From NCBI GenBank assembly GCA_000830275.1, contig CP010424.1, positions 960,001 through 992,000 on the forward strand: 32,000 nt of DNA, written 5' to 3'. The number at the start of each line of letters is the position of its first letter. The stretch's first letter is position 1. The stretch comes from an archaeon GW2011_AR10 (GTDB taxonomy: Archaea > Iainarchaeota > Iainarchaeia > Iainarchaeales > GW2011-AR10). This document shows, in pieces, positions 31,232 through 32,000 of this stretch. Both the position numbers and the translations under genes were made by a program. Under the pieces are notes generated by a model that saw only the letters and a program-made list of their open reading frames with translations, was not told the origin of the DNA and searched no databases.

Positions 31232-31797
31232 TTACTTGGAGGGAACTTTTCCGCGGAGCTTGTTTGAAAAGAATGCTTTGCTGTATTTCCAGTAAGCTTT
31301 GGCTTTATTTTTTTTCCAGAGTTCGTAGAATTTCCTGTACTCGTCGTATACTTCCTGAGTTGTTGGGGGAAATTTTTTTAGTGTGTAATGAATTCCAATA
31401 AGACCGGGCCCTAACTTATCATATATTCCTTTAATGTCTTTTGGCAGGGCATCATATTCTTCTCTTGCCAAAGGCCTAATTCCCACTAAAGCAAGTCGCC
31501 TTTCAAAAAAGAAATAATTTGGGGGAGTTCATCAATGTGTGTTCTCCGTAAAAACCTTGCAAACTTATTAATCACCCTTGGATCTTGGCTCTTGATTTCA
31601 AATTTCTGGGTTATTGAAGTAGTTGTTGGGTATAAGTTCCCTCTTTCTTCCGCAGCTCCTCTTTTCATTGTCCTAATTTTGGTAATTGTAATAGGTAAAC
31701 CGCCTTTTCCAACTCTTTCACCGCGATGAAAAAGAAATGTGTCCTTGCGCTTCGGCATTAAGAAAGAACAGGGTTTTGAAGAATATAATGATTGCAC
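31232..31797 (-). pseudogene. sugar transferase (polyprenyl-phosphate glycosyl-1-phosphate transferase family), N-terminally truncated and frameshifted
   Basis: FHRGERVGKGGLPITITKIRTM...DPRVINKFARFLRRTHIDELPQIISFLKGDLL-stop, then in another frame VGIRPLAREEY... The frame break falls inside the conserved GD(M)SLVGPRP motif at about 31486. The usual N-terminal TM segment is absent. Confidence 0.65.
31527..31630. repeat. 104-bp direct repeat, copy 2 (inside the sugar-transferase remnant)
   Basis: See 26192-26295. Confidence 0.85.
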
Positions 31798-31813
31798 ACT
31801 CCATTAAAACAAA

Positions 31814-31823
31814 TTTTTAAATA
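31814..31823 (+). promoter_or_regulatory. TATA-like box (TTTTTAAATA) upstream of tRNA-Lys(CUU)
   Basis: Centred about 33 nt upstream of 31851. Confidence 0.4.
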
Positions 31824-31850
31824 GGTTTGAATACATTGTTTTACTATAAT

Positions 31851-31981
31851 GGGCCCATAGCTCAGTCTGGTAGAGCACTTGATTTTTCGAAGCTTTTTAG
31901 GCTTGGAAGAGGTGCGGCTCTTAAACGCTTTCCAGAAGTAGGGTGACCAAGGTGTCGAGGGTTCGAATCCCTCTGGGCTCG
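31851..31981 (+). tRNA. tRNA-Lys (CUU) with two introns (30/31 and 37/38)
   Basis: Exon 1 31851-31881, intron 31882-31916, exon 2 31917-31923 (GCTCTTA), intron 31924-31945, exon 3 31946-31981. The spliced product is 74 nt with anticodon arm CTTGG-CTCTTAA-CCAAG. The acceptor, D and T arms are nearly identical to tRNA-Lys(UUU) at 25493. Confidence 0.75.
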
Positions 31982-32000
31982 CTAAAACGGAAAGGTCCGT

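Overview
All calls come from reading the sequence and hand-translating. No tools were run, and hand-counted coordinates may be off by 1-2 nt.

The window looks like an archaeal chromosomal segment. Evidence: TFE, aTrm56, a XerA-type tyrosine recombinase, an initiator tRNA with A1:U72, bulge-helix-bulge (BHB) tRNA introns, and TATA-like boxes about 33 nt upstream of the tRNA genes. The many small, basic, lineage-specific proteins suggest a small-genome (DPANN-like) archaeon, but that is inference only.

Layout:
- 1-10.4 kb: mostly orphan, basic or HTH-rich hypothetical proteins. These include a paralog pair and a co-directional five-gene block. A HEAT-repeat protein, a lipoprotein and a CoA-binding protein are also here.
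- 10.4-17.2 kb: housekeeping genes. HExxH metallopeptidase, DUF59 Fe-S factor, transglutaminase-like protein, ferredoxin, SAM methyltransferase, M24 peptidase, nadE and a HAD hydrolase.
- 17.7-21.9 kb: xerA, a PRC-barrel protein and three orphan genes, one with a kinase-like fold. This stretch ends at an intron-containing tRNA-iMet.
- 22.2-24.6 kb: tfe, trm56, serS.
- 25-32 kb: tRNA-Lys(UUU), a frameshifted GNAT, an intact GNAT, glnA-amt divergent from lrp, a free-standing LAGLIDADG gene, tRNA-Phe, a frameshifted sugar-transferase remnant and tRNA-Lys(CUU).

Most notable observations:
1. tRNA-Phe and tRNA-Lys(CUU) each parse only as three-exon genes. Each has a non-canonical intron at 30/31 plus a canonical intron at 37/38, leaving a 7-nt micro-exon that carries the anticodon.
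2. Short sequence modules recur in the unusually long ORF-free intergenic regions. They include GTTATGTAGA, a 31-bp perfect inverted repeat, GGAAGTGTGGRGGT, two near-identical 23-bp palindromes and a 22-nt segment shared by unrelated ORFs.
3. A 104-bp direct repeat copies the interior of the decayed sugar-transferase gene and brackets the 5.3-kb nitrogen-assimilation/LAGLIDADG/tRNA-Phe block.
4. Several plausible micro-proteins fall below the ORF-track cutoff.

No CRISPR array, rRNA or recognisable transposase was seen.
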